DNA of 64,000 nucleotides from Priapulus caudatus (taxonomy: Eukaryota). A model generated the notes under the pieces. That model had not been told where the DNA came from. It saw only the letters and a list, made by a program, of their open reading frames with translations, and ran no database searches. Where the stretch lies: assembly GCF_000485595.1 (NCBI RefSeq), contig NW_014577066.1, forward strand, positions 673,302 to 737,301, in the 5' to 3' direction. Below, one piece after another: positions 29,828-43,256 of the stretch. Made by a program: the position numbers and the translations under genes. Every line of letters starts with the position of its first letter. The first letter of the stretch is position 1.

Positions 29828-32800
29828 TCACCTATCTATCAAACTACCTATCTGCATAGACCTCTCTTATCTCCGTTTGTTGTACTCTCTCCGCCTCGCT
29901 CTTTGTTCATCTTCCTTTTCCACCTCCCTCTTACGCCCACCAGTTTGCGTTAATACAATACTGTGAGACCGGTCATTCGTAACATGAGTTTGATGACTCC
30001 TACACTGTCATGCATCTTTTGGGGCCCGGGAAACTGTAAAGTAATTGGACAGCTATAGTTAAGGGGACGATTATAGCGGCACGTATGTGTGTCCAAGCAA
30101 CCGTCTTTATCTTCTTACTCCGCACTGAAAACATGCAAACTCGGACTGAACCGCCAATACCGAAATTGGCGGGAAATCCTGTCCCCTTCCCCTACTCAAT
30201 TTTCTTTTAATAAGTCTCTAAACAGGTTCGAGCAAGACAGACTCGACAAACAACCGAATGAACCCATTAAAAAAGATTGCTTCCCTCCCCAACATGAGCG
30301 AAAGTGTAAAACATGGGCCGTTAGACCGACTCGACGTTAAGCACTGTATTTTTCATCCACTCGGGTTTTCACTGGCCATAATCAGCCACTATAACGTAGC
30401 CATAATGGCGGCGATAGGCGCGAGCCATTGACGCTCTGCTAGTTTCACGAGACAGCCGGCCTGGAATGCATCATTAGCAACCGGAGTGAGTATAGCCAGC
30501 GTCGAGTGGTATTTTTTAACAGCGGCGTTTACTTGTAGGTTTATTGCCGCTTTCTCGGTCGTACGCGTCTGCTTCTCGTGTGCTTGTCTACATGCTTCTC
30601 TCGTGTGCTTGTCTACACGCTTCTCTCGTGTGCTTGTCTACATGCTTCTCTCGTGTGCTTGTCTACACGCTTCTCTCGTGTGCTTGTCTACACGCGTTCG
30701 TAACGGGGCACTGCTGCATGCTGTCGTTGACACCTGCCACGATGGCATGTGACAGCCAGCTGCTAGCAGCAGCGCTGCGATGTGTAGGAATAGACGTAGG
30801 ACTGAGCGACGAAACTCGGATCCGCATGCGAAACTACGTGCCATTGCGTCGCTTCTGCGCAGGTATTTGACGTGCGTTAGTAAGTTCTTATTCCGTGCGG
30901 ACGGAGAAGGTCGGATGATCAGGAATTTATGTCTGGTGTGAATTAATGCGAAACGTTGCCAAAAAAAATGAGCGCCATAGGCAAGAGATATCCGCAGCGA
31001 CCTTGCCTCTACACGGTGCGTCTTCACGCACTCTCATCTCTCCGCACGCAGATGGTAAAACAATAAACACATATATAATAAATAATAATAATAAATTAAT
31101 TAAAATACATTATGCTGTGTAGCAATCCGACTGCGATTGAGACAACAGCTTATAGTGGGCAGCAATGGTTGCATTGGCGCCACAAAGTGATGTCTAGCAA
31201 GCGCTTTATCAGGCGAGACGTTACCAGCACAGCAGCCGTCAACATGCCCGTCAACATGTCAGTTTCTGCCTCATGCCACGCGTCATTAGCCTGATCCTCT
31301 CCCACCGCGACGCAACATAGTTGACACCGCAGTGTTGACACGGCTGCAGCTTAGCCTGTTATTTCAGTGGTAGCAGACGGTGTCCGGTTAGGCGTAGTCC
31401 GGCCACAAGCGGGGATGGGCGCGTGTTGCTGCGCCTTCCCGCTGAGCAGCAGACAAACAAGCAGCGGCAAGCGATCCCGTAAAACCAGATCTTCGCAACT
31501 ATATTAAGGCATTGTCACAACGGCATTGTTCTCGCGAGAAAGAACTATCTAACTGCTGGTTAGAAATAGTTTGCACCCGTAGATCGGCGAGCACTACCGA
31601 GAAGAATAGGTGCGCAGATAGGCTTACGCGCCGCACCGGTTCTTGCTCCTCGAACCAGTAGGCCCGCCGTGTTCTTACGTGCCCGGACGTACGCGCGCCT
31701 GCTGTCCGCGGATTGCTCCCGTCTCAATACCATCACGGAGAACCGGTGGACAGGCAGTCTTTATTTATGGACTCGAGTGCGTTCGCGTGTTGGAATTCCG
31801 GCGCTTGGCTGCTCGTGTGCGCGCGGATACGTGATTGAGTTTACAAGACGTTGTGGGAAGTATTCTGTAGTGTAATCGGATGTTGACTCGACGCGTCGAG
31901 CGCTGGCGCTTTGCTATTTTTTCCGAGGTTTACTTCGACAACATTCCCCGCTGCGGTGCGGTATTGCCTTGCTGATTCGACGCAGATATCTTGGATATAG
32001 ATACATGTGACTGGGATATTCGGTTTATTTGTCGCCGGGCGCATGCGCGTGTGGATTGGGTATCATCAGGGTTCTATGATAACCGCACGTTAGCGCCAGC
32101 GCCAAAGACGAGTGAAATATGCCGCTACACAGCACTAGTGCCGGCCATCTCTCGACACCCGCGTCAGAGCTGCTACAGCTCCTGTAAATTGCGTAAAACT
32201 CGCTATTGCCTGACAGCGCGAGAGTCCGCGTCCGCGAATCATCCGCAGCATCCCTAAGCGACCAGCATCCTCATCCTCATCACCGGACTCGGAGCGCGAT
32301 CGGTTGCCATGACTCTCACGACAAAGCTGAGTCGCCGCAAGCGACGATACACGATTTCCTACGTGCTCCCGGACTGCGCCGTGAGACCGAGCAGCCCCGT
32401 GGTGGGGTCGGACAGCCCGGGGGTCGGGTCGTCCCACGCCCCTGGGGTGGGGTCGATTGGCATTGGATTCTCGTGGCGACGCAGACACACGATGCAGTCT
32501 GCAGTGGTGCCAGCTGCTGTCTCGCGCCCGGAAAGATTCCTGCAGTCGTTCTCCTCACCGGAGCTGTCTCGGGTGGATCACCGTGGCACCGTCCAGCAGG
32601 TAACGTGCGGCCTCAGTATGGCTTCAGAAACTTCTGTACATACATCCTGATGGATCATCGACAACCCCCAACCCTTACCCCAATCCCATCCCTGCGAGCA
32701 GGATGTTCTTATTTACACACGCTTCTGCTAGCACCCCTCCCTTTCCGCGTATTGTGGGACACATGCTCCCATCAATCTACCGACGTCTGTCCCATCTTTT

Positions 32801-33369
32801 CTTCCCCTACCCAGCGATATTTGGTGGTAGACTAGATCGTCGGTGGGCTTCTGTCACATTTTCACGCGAGTCATATCTCCGTGTGGCGCCTAAGGTGCCT
32901 TGAAGAGTGCATGTGAGAATTGATTTGGGCTAATTCCTTGTGTTTGTGGCGGTATATGCAGCGTGATGCATGCGCATCGTTCTATGTGCTCACACGTGTC
33001 AACTCGGTTCACCTGCCAACTCGGTACGTGTGGCGAGTTGACGCGTCTGGAGATCGGTGAGCTCGGTCCGTGAGATGAGTTGACGCGTCTGGAGAACGGT
33101 GAACTCGGTTCGCCGGCTAACTCGTGAGATGTTTCACACGCCCTAACTCTAATATCTCGCGAACGATTGGAGTTACATTTCTAAAATTCTAGATACATAT
33201 AAACACATGTCTTAGCTATGATTTCTGTAAATTTTGAGTATATTGAAGCACATATAAACACATGTATTAGCTATGGTTTCTGCGAATTTTAGTATATTGA
33301 AGCACATATAAACACATGTCTTAGCTATGGTTTCTGTAAATTTTTAGTATATTGAAGCACGACTAACAG

Positions 33370-33401
<32 letters not shown>

Positions 33402-36400
33402 CGCGCGCGCGCGCGTGTGCGTGTTTGCGTGTGCGCAACACACACACACACACACACACNNNNNNNNNNAATTAAACTATTCGTGCTTTAATAAACTCAA
33501 AATTCACAGAAACCATAGCTAAGACATGTGTTTATATGTATCTAGAATTTTAGAAATGTAACTCAAATCGTTCGCGAGATATTAGCCTATGACGATACCG
33601 CGCGTATCCGCGCGTATGACGATACCGCGCGTACGTATATTTCTGGTAATTAATTAAACTATTCGTGCTTTAATAAACTCAAAATTCACAGAAACCATAG
33701 CTAAGACATGTGTTTATATGTATCTAGAATTTTAGAAATGTAACTCAAATCGTTCGCGAGATATTAGCCTATGACGATACCGCGCGTATGACGATACCGC
33801 GCGTACGTATATTTCTGGTAATTAATTAAACTATTCGTGCTTCAATAAACTCAAAATTCACAGAAACCATAGCTAAGACATGTGTTTATATGTATCTAGA
33901 ATTTTAGAAATGTAACTCAAATCGTTCGCGAGATATTAGCCTATGACGATACCGCGCGTATATTAGCCTATGACTATACCGCGCGTACGTATATTTCTGG
34001 TAATTAATTAAACTATTCGTGCTTCAATAAACTCAAAATTCACAGAAACCATAGCTAAGACATGTGTTTATATGTATCTAGAACTTTAGAAATGTAACTC
34101 AAATCGTTCGCGAGATATTAGAGTTAGGGCGTGTGAAACATCTCACGAGTTAGCCGGCGAACCGAGTTCACCGTTCTCCAGACGCGTCAACTCATCTCAC
34201 GAACCGAGCTCACCGATCTCCAGACGCGTCAACTCATCTCACGAACCGAGCTCACCGATCTCCAGACGCGTCAACTCATCTCACGAACCGAGCTCACCGA
34301 TCTCAAGACTCGTCAACTCGGTCAACTGCGAACCGAGTGGACCGGACACCGTTCTATGTGGCTGTTAGGTCTACGTTTTACGCATGTGATGTATAATCGT
34401 GGCCTCCACTGATTACGTGCTACGGATGAGACTGCCTGCCGTAGACAAACGTTGTAGAACGCTAGGGACAATGCCGAAGGTTACCGAATACATTTGCATT
34501 CTCGAAACCACGTAGCACGCCACCGCGGCGTCGTTGTTCCGGCGCCAGCATTAAACTCACGAAGAACCGATTAGCTCCTTCAATTTTTCATTCCCAATCA
34601 TAATCGCGTAATAAATCGCACGCAGAGCATCGCAAACGCAGAGATGAAGGTTTGTTGCGATACGGTGTTTGCTCACGGGCGGCAGAGAGGGCCATTGATA
34701 GGCTTCGGCGAGCTGTAGCAATATTTGCTCGCACGCAAGTGTTTCCCGTCTGCTGCGCGTACCGAAACACTGCATGCGGGGGCCGATTGACGCCGCCACC
34801 TGCCTGCATACCTGCACGAAACAACGATCCGCGCAGCAGTCGAGCGAAGATTAGTTAATGGCTTCTTTTGTTTGACGACATAATAAAGCGATGGCATCGG
34901 CGCGATGCCTTGTGTTTCTCGTTCTTTGCTGTGTCGACGCGACGATGGTTTTGATAAGGCGCTATAGCACGTGAGCACAGGATGCGTGAATATAGGTTGG
35001 TGGGGCAGCAAACACGCGGCTGCTGCTGCGTGTGTGCGTTAGATTCCATACACTCGTTGATATGTGGGACAGCTGCATGCAGAGGAACGGCGGTAGGAGA
35101 CTGACCGACTGTTCAGAGAAAGAGTCATGGGTGCCGAGGATGGTTGGAAGTAGGTCTTCATAATAAAACGAGAGTTTTATTGATGTTGGACGGTCGTGTC
35201 TATACATTTATCCGACAAACGGTGTACGAACGCCGTGCACACTTGCCCTGCTAAGAAGGAACCAATTTGTTTTATTACCGCACGCGCGCACCCGACGTGG
35301 GTGGGTTTAAAACTCTCCCATCTATTTCCCTTGTCTTTGCACCTGTGACTCGGTTACAATCGTAATGCCGTGTTAGTCGTCATCGAGCGAACGACACCCG
35401 GTGACCGGTTCTCAACGGACTCGCAAAACCAAACTAGTGAAGGTGTGACACGCAGTGAATGCAAAACTAGATTCTATTAGGGTCGAGCGCGTGTGTGGGG
35501 GAAGGAAGGAAATATGGGCCGTAGGGCAGCCACTGAGTGTATATTTCTATAATAGTGACGTCATCATTATTATAAGAGAGTGTTGTGTGAGGATCATTGT
35601 ATGCCGTGTGGTAGATGAACATCTCTTTCTACCGGCGCCATCGATTCTTCTACACAAGTATAGAGCTAGGTAGTCCGTGAGCGCGGCGTGACAGGGTACG
35701 ATCGTTGTGAATACATGATGAGTGCTGATAGGCAAATGAGCGCACGCTGCCGCGTGAACATGGGAATGGGAAGGCGCATTCTAAAATTTGACTTATCGGG
35801 CAGAGAAATGAATCTTCGAATCACGATTTAGTTCGTGTTTTGTCGCGCGTCAACATGGGAATGCTAGGAATTCGAAGACGCATTCCTACGTTTAACTTAC
35901 CGGGCAAAGACATGAATCCTCGATACACGATTTCGTTCGTGTTTTGTAGCGCAGTGGCGTCCCGCTGAGAGGGGTTGTTGCAGTTTAGCCACGAGAATGG
36001 TGAACTGTGGAGGATGCGTGGATCGGATGTACGTATAGGTTGATCCTACTGCCGATGCTATCGGCTGCAACCGTCGTTTTGTACGTCTCCTACAAATCCT
36101 CTGCGAGTTCTATAGACAGGAAAGCCTTCCCCGCGGCAGGTGTTTTTTTGCAGTTTTTTTAGCAGATGGGTTTAGAGATGGCCGCCCTGTAGTTTCGGTG
36201 CAGCGATTTGGTGCAGCAATTGGGTCATCCTGCGGTGAGAGGCAGTCTTATTAGTTAGCAACAGGCAGGTGACAGGACACCTACTCTAGGAGATTATAGT
36301 CTTACTTGCTGCTATACAAAATGCGCGTGCGCTGGGAGATGACCTAGCTTTTACATAGCCGCGTGCTGGCTGTTCAAGGTAACTTAGTTTATTCTGTATT

Positions 36401-39400
36401 ATTTCCAGGTTGAAAGGCTATGGAATTATGAGAAGTACATCCAGGAGCTGTTGCTAGAGACTCAGTCTGTGCATCCTGATTTTGATGAACTGAACAGAGC
36501 ATCTGCCAGAACAAGCACCGTGAGTTTCTAATATAGCAAATACACTCAAGCACACGAGCGCGCACAGACGCGCGTGCACACACGCACACGCACAGATGCG
36601 AACGCATACATCCACAGACGCGAGCGCTCGCGCGCACACACACACACACACACGCGCGCCCGACACACATCACGCATTTATATATATAAAAAAAAAATAT
36701 ATATATATATATATATGGACATCACATGTTCTAAACGCATAGAATGAATTATATACACTATGTTATATTTGTTATTGACACTATATCGGCAGATAAGCAC
36801 CACAGCCTCAGGATGATTTGATCGTGTTTCGTGGTACCAAGTCTTCAACAGTGGCGCTACCTATCGGTACACATATAACACAGTGTCAATTATTGCAGAT
36901 GATGAAGCAGCTATCGGAGCCACAGGACGTGGTTCACGCAGATGTGCAGAATGAGTACAGGCTGGAGAAAGTGCAGAACCTTTTCCCAAATGACAATCTA
37001 GGCCTGCTGGGCATCTACCCTCAAGTAGGTGCACTCTATAATCAATCATTATATATATATAAGTAAATAATATAATATATATATACCTAAGGAAAGCACA
37101 AATTCCAGAATTTGAAGGCTCTTTTCAGTCATTTCATGATGTGGTTGTTGTTTACGTTTTCAGAAAGCCAAGACGTTACAGAGAAGAAAGACGTTTGCAG
37201 GCAAAGGCTACAAAAATAACTTCACACTCTCGTTATCGTAAGTTCATCATTCATTCATCACACTATTGCGAATCTGTTAGTACGCATAATCCACATCGTG
37301 GTGAAATATGCGTTGCTACTTCCTGACACCCCACTTGTATAACCTAGTGCCTATATTTGCGTGAAGAAATTACCATATCCAAATGTTTTCGCAATATCTG
37401 CACAATAGAGGGCACCAGCCTGCGTAGCGTACTCAAGAGCGGCTGTGCTCCCGTGCGCAATAAACGACTATGCATCTCTGTGTTATTCTTGCCACAGTTT
37501 CCACCCTAGCTTCTGTTAGTTTAAATGTGGTAAGCTGGTTCCCATATGTGTAGGCAATCGAGCGTTGTAAAACGCCCGAACCGCTTGTTGTCACTTGCAG
37601 CAGCCGTGCGTAACAAAGACAACCATCGTGACTGACCCCCTGCGACAATACCCGCTACACGCAGCGACATAATGGTTACAATTGTGTCCATTATTGATAC
37701 GTGACACATGAATAGTTTTTTTCTGGATTTTTCTCAGGCCGCAGATGGACATTGAGACGAGGTCTGTTAGGTCATCGCTCAATAACAACACTGGCCGCTT
37801 CTATGTGATGGAAGGACCCGTCACCTTGACGTCGGTACGTTCTTGCCGACATTTTCTTTTTTGAAATTTATCTTGGAAGAGTGGTTTCTGCAGCACGGTG
37901 CGTTCTGGGGATGGCGGTTCTATTCCCGTTTTGCATTTTCGTACCGGACCTCACTAACTGACTTAGTTCGAGCTTGTTATTATCTAAAAGGAGAGCATGA
38001 GAAGTAAACCTTGAACCATAGCGGCATGTTGTGTTATCATTGACTCTAGTTATATCTTGGTGTTACCCCAGAGTGCTATGAACAGCTGACATTAGAGCTG
38101 TCGGCTGGCAGGTTACCTCAATGTTTGAGTGATGTTTGTGATCGTTTCTTGTAGGGCGTGCAAGTTCAGGACAGACATCTGTTCGTCTTCAGTGATCTAC
38201 TCCTGATAGCAAAACCCAAGTAAGTACATCTATAACAGGGATCACAATTTTGTTCACTGCCTCAAATCTGCAGCGCACATCTGCGAGATATGGGGAATCA
38301 TATTCTCTTGAGAGATGATGGGAGTAGGTGTGATCACTATAAGCAGCGTGTATCACTATAAGACAGCGCCGCTCTGTATAGATGACAAATTCAAACTTAA
38401 AGTTTATATTTCATACTACGAACAATTCTTTGATTATTAATTCCACTGCGCATCGCCACTATTCGAATCTCTGTAGCATCGCCCGCCGTGTGTACGCGCC
38501 AGTTACCCCCACTACCTGTAGATGTTATTACATGCTGTCTGTTAATGCCACCCTGCTCCGATGTTGTTGGAGTAATGCGATATAATAATATAAAACGCGC
38601 ATATATAATATGGCGCCATATTATTAATATATTATATATATTAATATATATATATATAAATAAATAAATATATATATATAAATATATAGGGCGCGCATTT
38701 TTAATAATGTAATAATAATACGCGGTATAGTAATGCGTCTATATGCACATCTTACAGTAAGAGCAGCACGTCGTACAAGTTGAAGCACCGGGTACGCGTC
38801 TGCGAGCTGTGGTTTAGCGACTGCCTGAGCATCGTCTGCGAGGCCACCAAGCACCAGGAGACCTCGTTCGTAATCGGCTGGCCCACGACGAACGTTGTAG
38901 CGACGTTCGCGTCGCCGCAGCTGAAGAACAACTGGCTGGCGAAGCTAAAAGAGTGAGTTGTGCTGCCTGCCTGCCTGCGCAATATTAAGGACAATCGTGA
39001 AACTAACATTTTATTCGCCATTTACATTGAGGTCGTCATTTACATTGAGGTCGTCATTTAGGTTTGTACGAACCTGTAAGATTAGGTGATGCATTAATTA
39101 TTATTCGATTTTATTTTTTATGAGTTAGTAATAGAGTTCAAATCAAGTTATTATGCAATAGTAAATAAATTAACGGCGAGCGATAACCAGTTTTTCGTTA
39201 GTTTTTTAACGAAATATAATTCCTAATCGAATTAAATTTAATAAATTTAATAAATTTAATAATCTCACTGACCTATCATGTGCTTTAATTTGTACAGACT
39301 AATCGCGATGGGGAAAGAGAAGGAAGTGCCTAAGACTGTTGTATTGAAGATATACGTCTCTAACTCCAACAACGGTGCTCATGTAAGTAATAAGATTTAA

Positions 39401-41706
39401 TAACTCATTTAATAACTTAAACAGCATGGTCGAAATTTTGCCAAATGGTACCGCCTGTTATTGATGGTTTCGAGTCATGACTCTTATCCCACAATATTTC
39501 TGTTAGGATATTTCCAAAATTGAGCAGGAATTATACGTTTAGTATTTCCTATATGTGACAGCATTCCCCAGCGGTGTCACGTGATGTGTTAGCACACGCT
39601 GATATTTATGTATGTGATATACTTTTCACTTCAGTACAAGTCGGTGACAATTTCGAACACGGAGACAGCAGCCGAGTGTGTCCAGAAGGCATGCAACCTG
39701 TTTGAGATCAATGTGAGTGTTCAATACAAGCCACACACACGCGCACGCATGCATGCGCACGCAGTTACACTCGCACACGCGCAAACACGCACGCACACGA
39801 AGTTACACACTCGCACAAACACGCACGCGTGCACACACCATGTGCATTAACAAGGGTAGTATGCTGAAGACTTTGCCTGTCGTGTAGGCCGTAGATGCTG
39901 GCAACTACCAGCTGTGGGTGACGTCGGGAAAGGAGGAGACGTACCCACTCATCGGACACGAACATCCCTACTCCATCCTGATGAGCCTCATCCGTGACAG
40001 TCGCCATGGCGACGACCTCAGCAGCCCGCTCGACCTCGGTCAGATATGCGTGCCGGACAACCAGACGCACTGCCAGTTCCGGCTCGTGCAGCGACAGAAA
40101 CCCACAATTACAGGTAAGCGCTGGCTCGCTGCAGCGATTACCGAGTATAGCTGTGGTTCACCCTCGCCTCTATTCCAACATCGCTTAACGTGACTTATCA
40201 TCTGTAGATGTTATGTGCAATATATGACCGTTGCTTTCTTGTACTCCTTTGTTTTGTTTTCTGTTTTCTTTTTCTTTTTCTTTTTTTTGGTGCTTCTGCG
40301 TTCGTGTAGCTACCTCACCTGTAGCTGTCCATTCATAACTGTATCTACGAGTTTACTTATCTACGAATTAAGTCGCTATAGTCGTGTTCAGCAATCAGAA
40401 GTGTCGCTGCTGTCCCACGCACGCACTATAGAACAGCGAGGGGGAAGTTTAGCGTAAGAGCGGCACAGGCAGTGTATATATAGTTAGGGAGGGAAACTCA
40501 CCGTGCCGTGCATTTTTCCTCTTAATTAGTTTAATTAACGTAAACTAAACTAAATAAACTTGAAAAAATAAACTTAACAATAAACAAATAAATAAAAATA
40601 AATATGAACTAAATAATTAACTTACTTTTAACCTTTATAATTTCCTCGTCGTAGACTCGCCGAAGAAGAGCAAGAAGCGCTCGCCGGCCAACCTAAAGTC
40701 GCTGTTCAAGCGCTCCGGTAAGCTGCAGGAGTCGCCCAGCAGTGACAGCTCTCCGGCTGGCACCCCCACGGGCAAGCTGTTCCGCCACCCTCTCAGCGAT
40801 GTTTGCGACGCCGAAGGAAGCCTGCCGAAGCCCATCATGGTACGTAACCCTCTCCCTCTCGCGATCATGGCGTCTTCTCTTACTGCGCCCCCTTCATCGC
40901 CACGCTGGGCGATGTACGGTATAAATTGTACCAGGGGTGAATAAAAAACAAATATTTGTTCATGACAAGATTATCACAATTTTTGTTATGATAACAACTT
41001 ATAAAAGCAATCGATGTTATTCACTCCTGATGACTCCTGTTAAGATTTCAGTCTCGGCCATTACTTATCGATGGTTTGGTATCTGTCTACGGGTGAATTT
41101 ACGCATTGTATTCACTGATCGCATGTATAAGTGCAAGTTAAACTAACCATGGGATGTGACCGAGACGTCATGTTACCAACGTGTATAAGCGAAGTCGACG
41201 TTTAAACAATAACCACACAAGCCCTGCCGGGTTATTAAGGTTTAGCCGACGGCAGCTGACTCAAATATGACTACGCTGTGACCTGTGACTACGCTGTGAC
41301 TACGCTGCGTCTTACGCATATGTTAGCATTATTTATACGTTGTTAATCGTCGGTGTTTGCGTACAGGAGCTACTGAGGGAGCTGTTCGCGCAGGGTCCGC
41401 GCACACAGGGCATCTTCAGACGCTCAGCGAACAAGCGCGTCTGTAACGAGCTGAAGCAGAAACTCGACACGGGCGAGGCTGTGTGCATGGCCGACATCTC
41501 GGTGCTCACCTCAGCAACCGTACTCAAGGTAACATACGTGTATGCGCGCGTGAGTGCTTTAACGGGTGTGTGTATATGTGCGGGTGCGTGAGCGCGCGTG
41601 TCTGCGTGCGTGCGTCCGTGCGTGCATACTTGTGAATGCAGAAGTGGACGTGCGCATGTGTTTATGAGCCTGCGATTGTGTATGAAAGCCCACGGCGTGT
41701 GTGTGT

Positions 41707-41797
<91 letters not shown>

Positions 41798-43225
41798 TGT
41801 CGTGTGTGAGTGAGTGTGTGTGTGTGTATGTTTTCGCGCGTCCGTGCCTGCGCGCGAACATTCATTGCACACCTGCCAACAGAGCTTTGACAGCCACCGT
41901 TGTGTTTATTCAGGATTTCTGCAGAAGCATGCCGTACTGTCTCCTCATGTCTAACCTCTACCACGAGTGGGCAGCAGCCGTAGAGGAGACGGACACTGCA
42001 CAGAAATGTGCAAATTCAAAACGTAAGTGTCAACAATAAGTTTCATGAATCTACTTGAGATACATTGACAAGAGGCGCGCATATCTTAGCAGGGTAGGGA
42101 TAGTGCTGATCGCATGGAGCAGATAACTGCTCCAGGTATCTTGAAGTAGTGTAAACGTGTTTAGTAGTGGCGGTCTCACACGTTGGACCTTTCGAAGTCT
42201 AGTTTGTTTGTCGGGAGCTCGCTAGAACCCGGCTACAGTTACGGAGATATACCGTGAGCAATTCTTTTACCTACGTTTCAAAGTCTTGCCAAATGGCATC
42301 GAGAGCCCGTGAACGGCAAGCGTGACTGGCAGGTATTGAAATAAGCAGCGTTGAATTGGCAAGCATGAATGGCAAGCGTGAATGGCAAGCATGAATGGCA
42401 AGCGTGAATGGCAAGCATTGATGAGATCGGTGGAGTTGATGCATGTCTACCAGGTGGAATAGCCGCTAACCTTTTACCTCTTCTCTCTCTTTCTCGGCGC
42501 AGCCTGGTTGGAAAGCTACCAGCGTCTCACGTCGAGCTACTCAGACACTTCGTCTGCGTCCTGTGGCACATCGACCGCCGCCGCGCCGACAACCAGATGA
42601 ATGCATTAAACCTCGGCATCTGCGTCGGCGTGAGCCTGCTGTGGCCACCAGAGGGCGCTTCGATGGAAATCGAGGCAGATGCTACCCAGAAGGTAGGGTT
42701 AGGGTGAGGTGTGTGTGTCTGTGTGTTGGTGTGCGCGCGCCGCGCGCGCGGACGGTGTGTGTGGGGTGGTGAGAGTGTTTGTGTTGGTGGTGAGTGTGAG
42801 TGTGTGTTGTGTGTGTGTGTGTGTGGTGGTGTGTGCTGTGTGTGTGGTGTGTTCTGTTGGTGTGTGTGTTGTGTGTGTGATGTGTGTGTGTGTGGTGTGC
42901 GCGTGGTGTGTTTGTGGGTGCTGTGTTTGTGTGGGTGGGTGGTTTGTTGGTGGTGGTGTGTGTGTGTGCTGTTTGTGTGTGTGTGTTGTATTCGTGGTTG
43001 TGTGTGTGTGTGTGTGTGTGTGGTTGTGTATGGGGGGTGCGGTGTGTGTGAAATGTGTGTTTGTGCGTGGTTTGTGTGTGTTTGTGTGTGTGTGTGTGTG
43101 GTGTGTGTGTGTGTGTGTGTGTTTGTGTGTGTTTGTGCGTGTTTGTGGTTGTGTTGCTGTGTGGTGTGTGTGTGTGTTTGTGTGTGTTTGCGCGTGTTGT
43201 GTGTGTGTGTGTGTGTGTGTTGTGC

Positions 43226-43256
<31 letters not shown>

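Noticed and set aside
26483..30075. TTAAGGGG starts at ~26482 and ~30059 as Kolobok ends
   Set aside because: No matching inverted terminus found.
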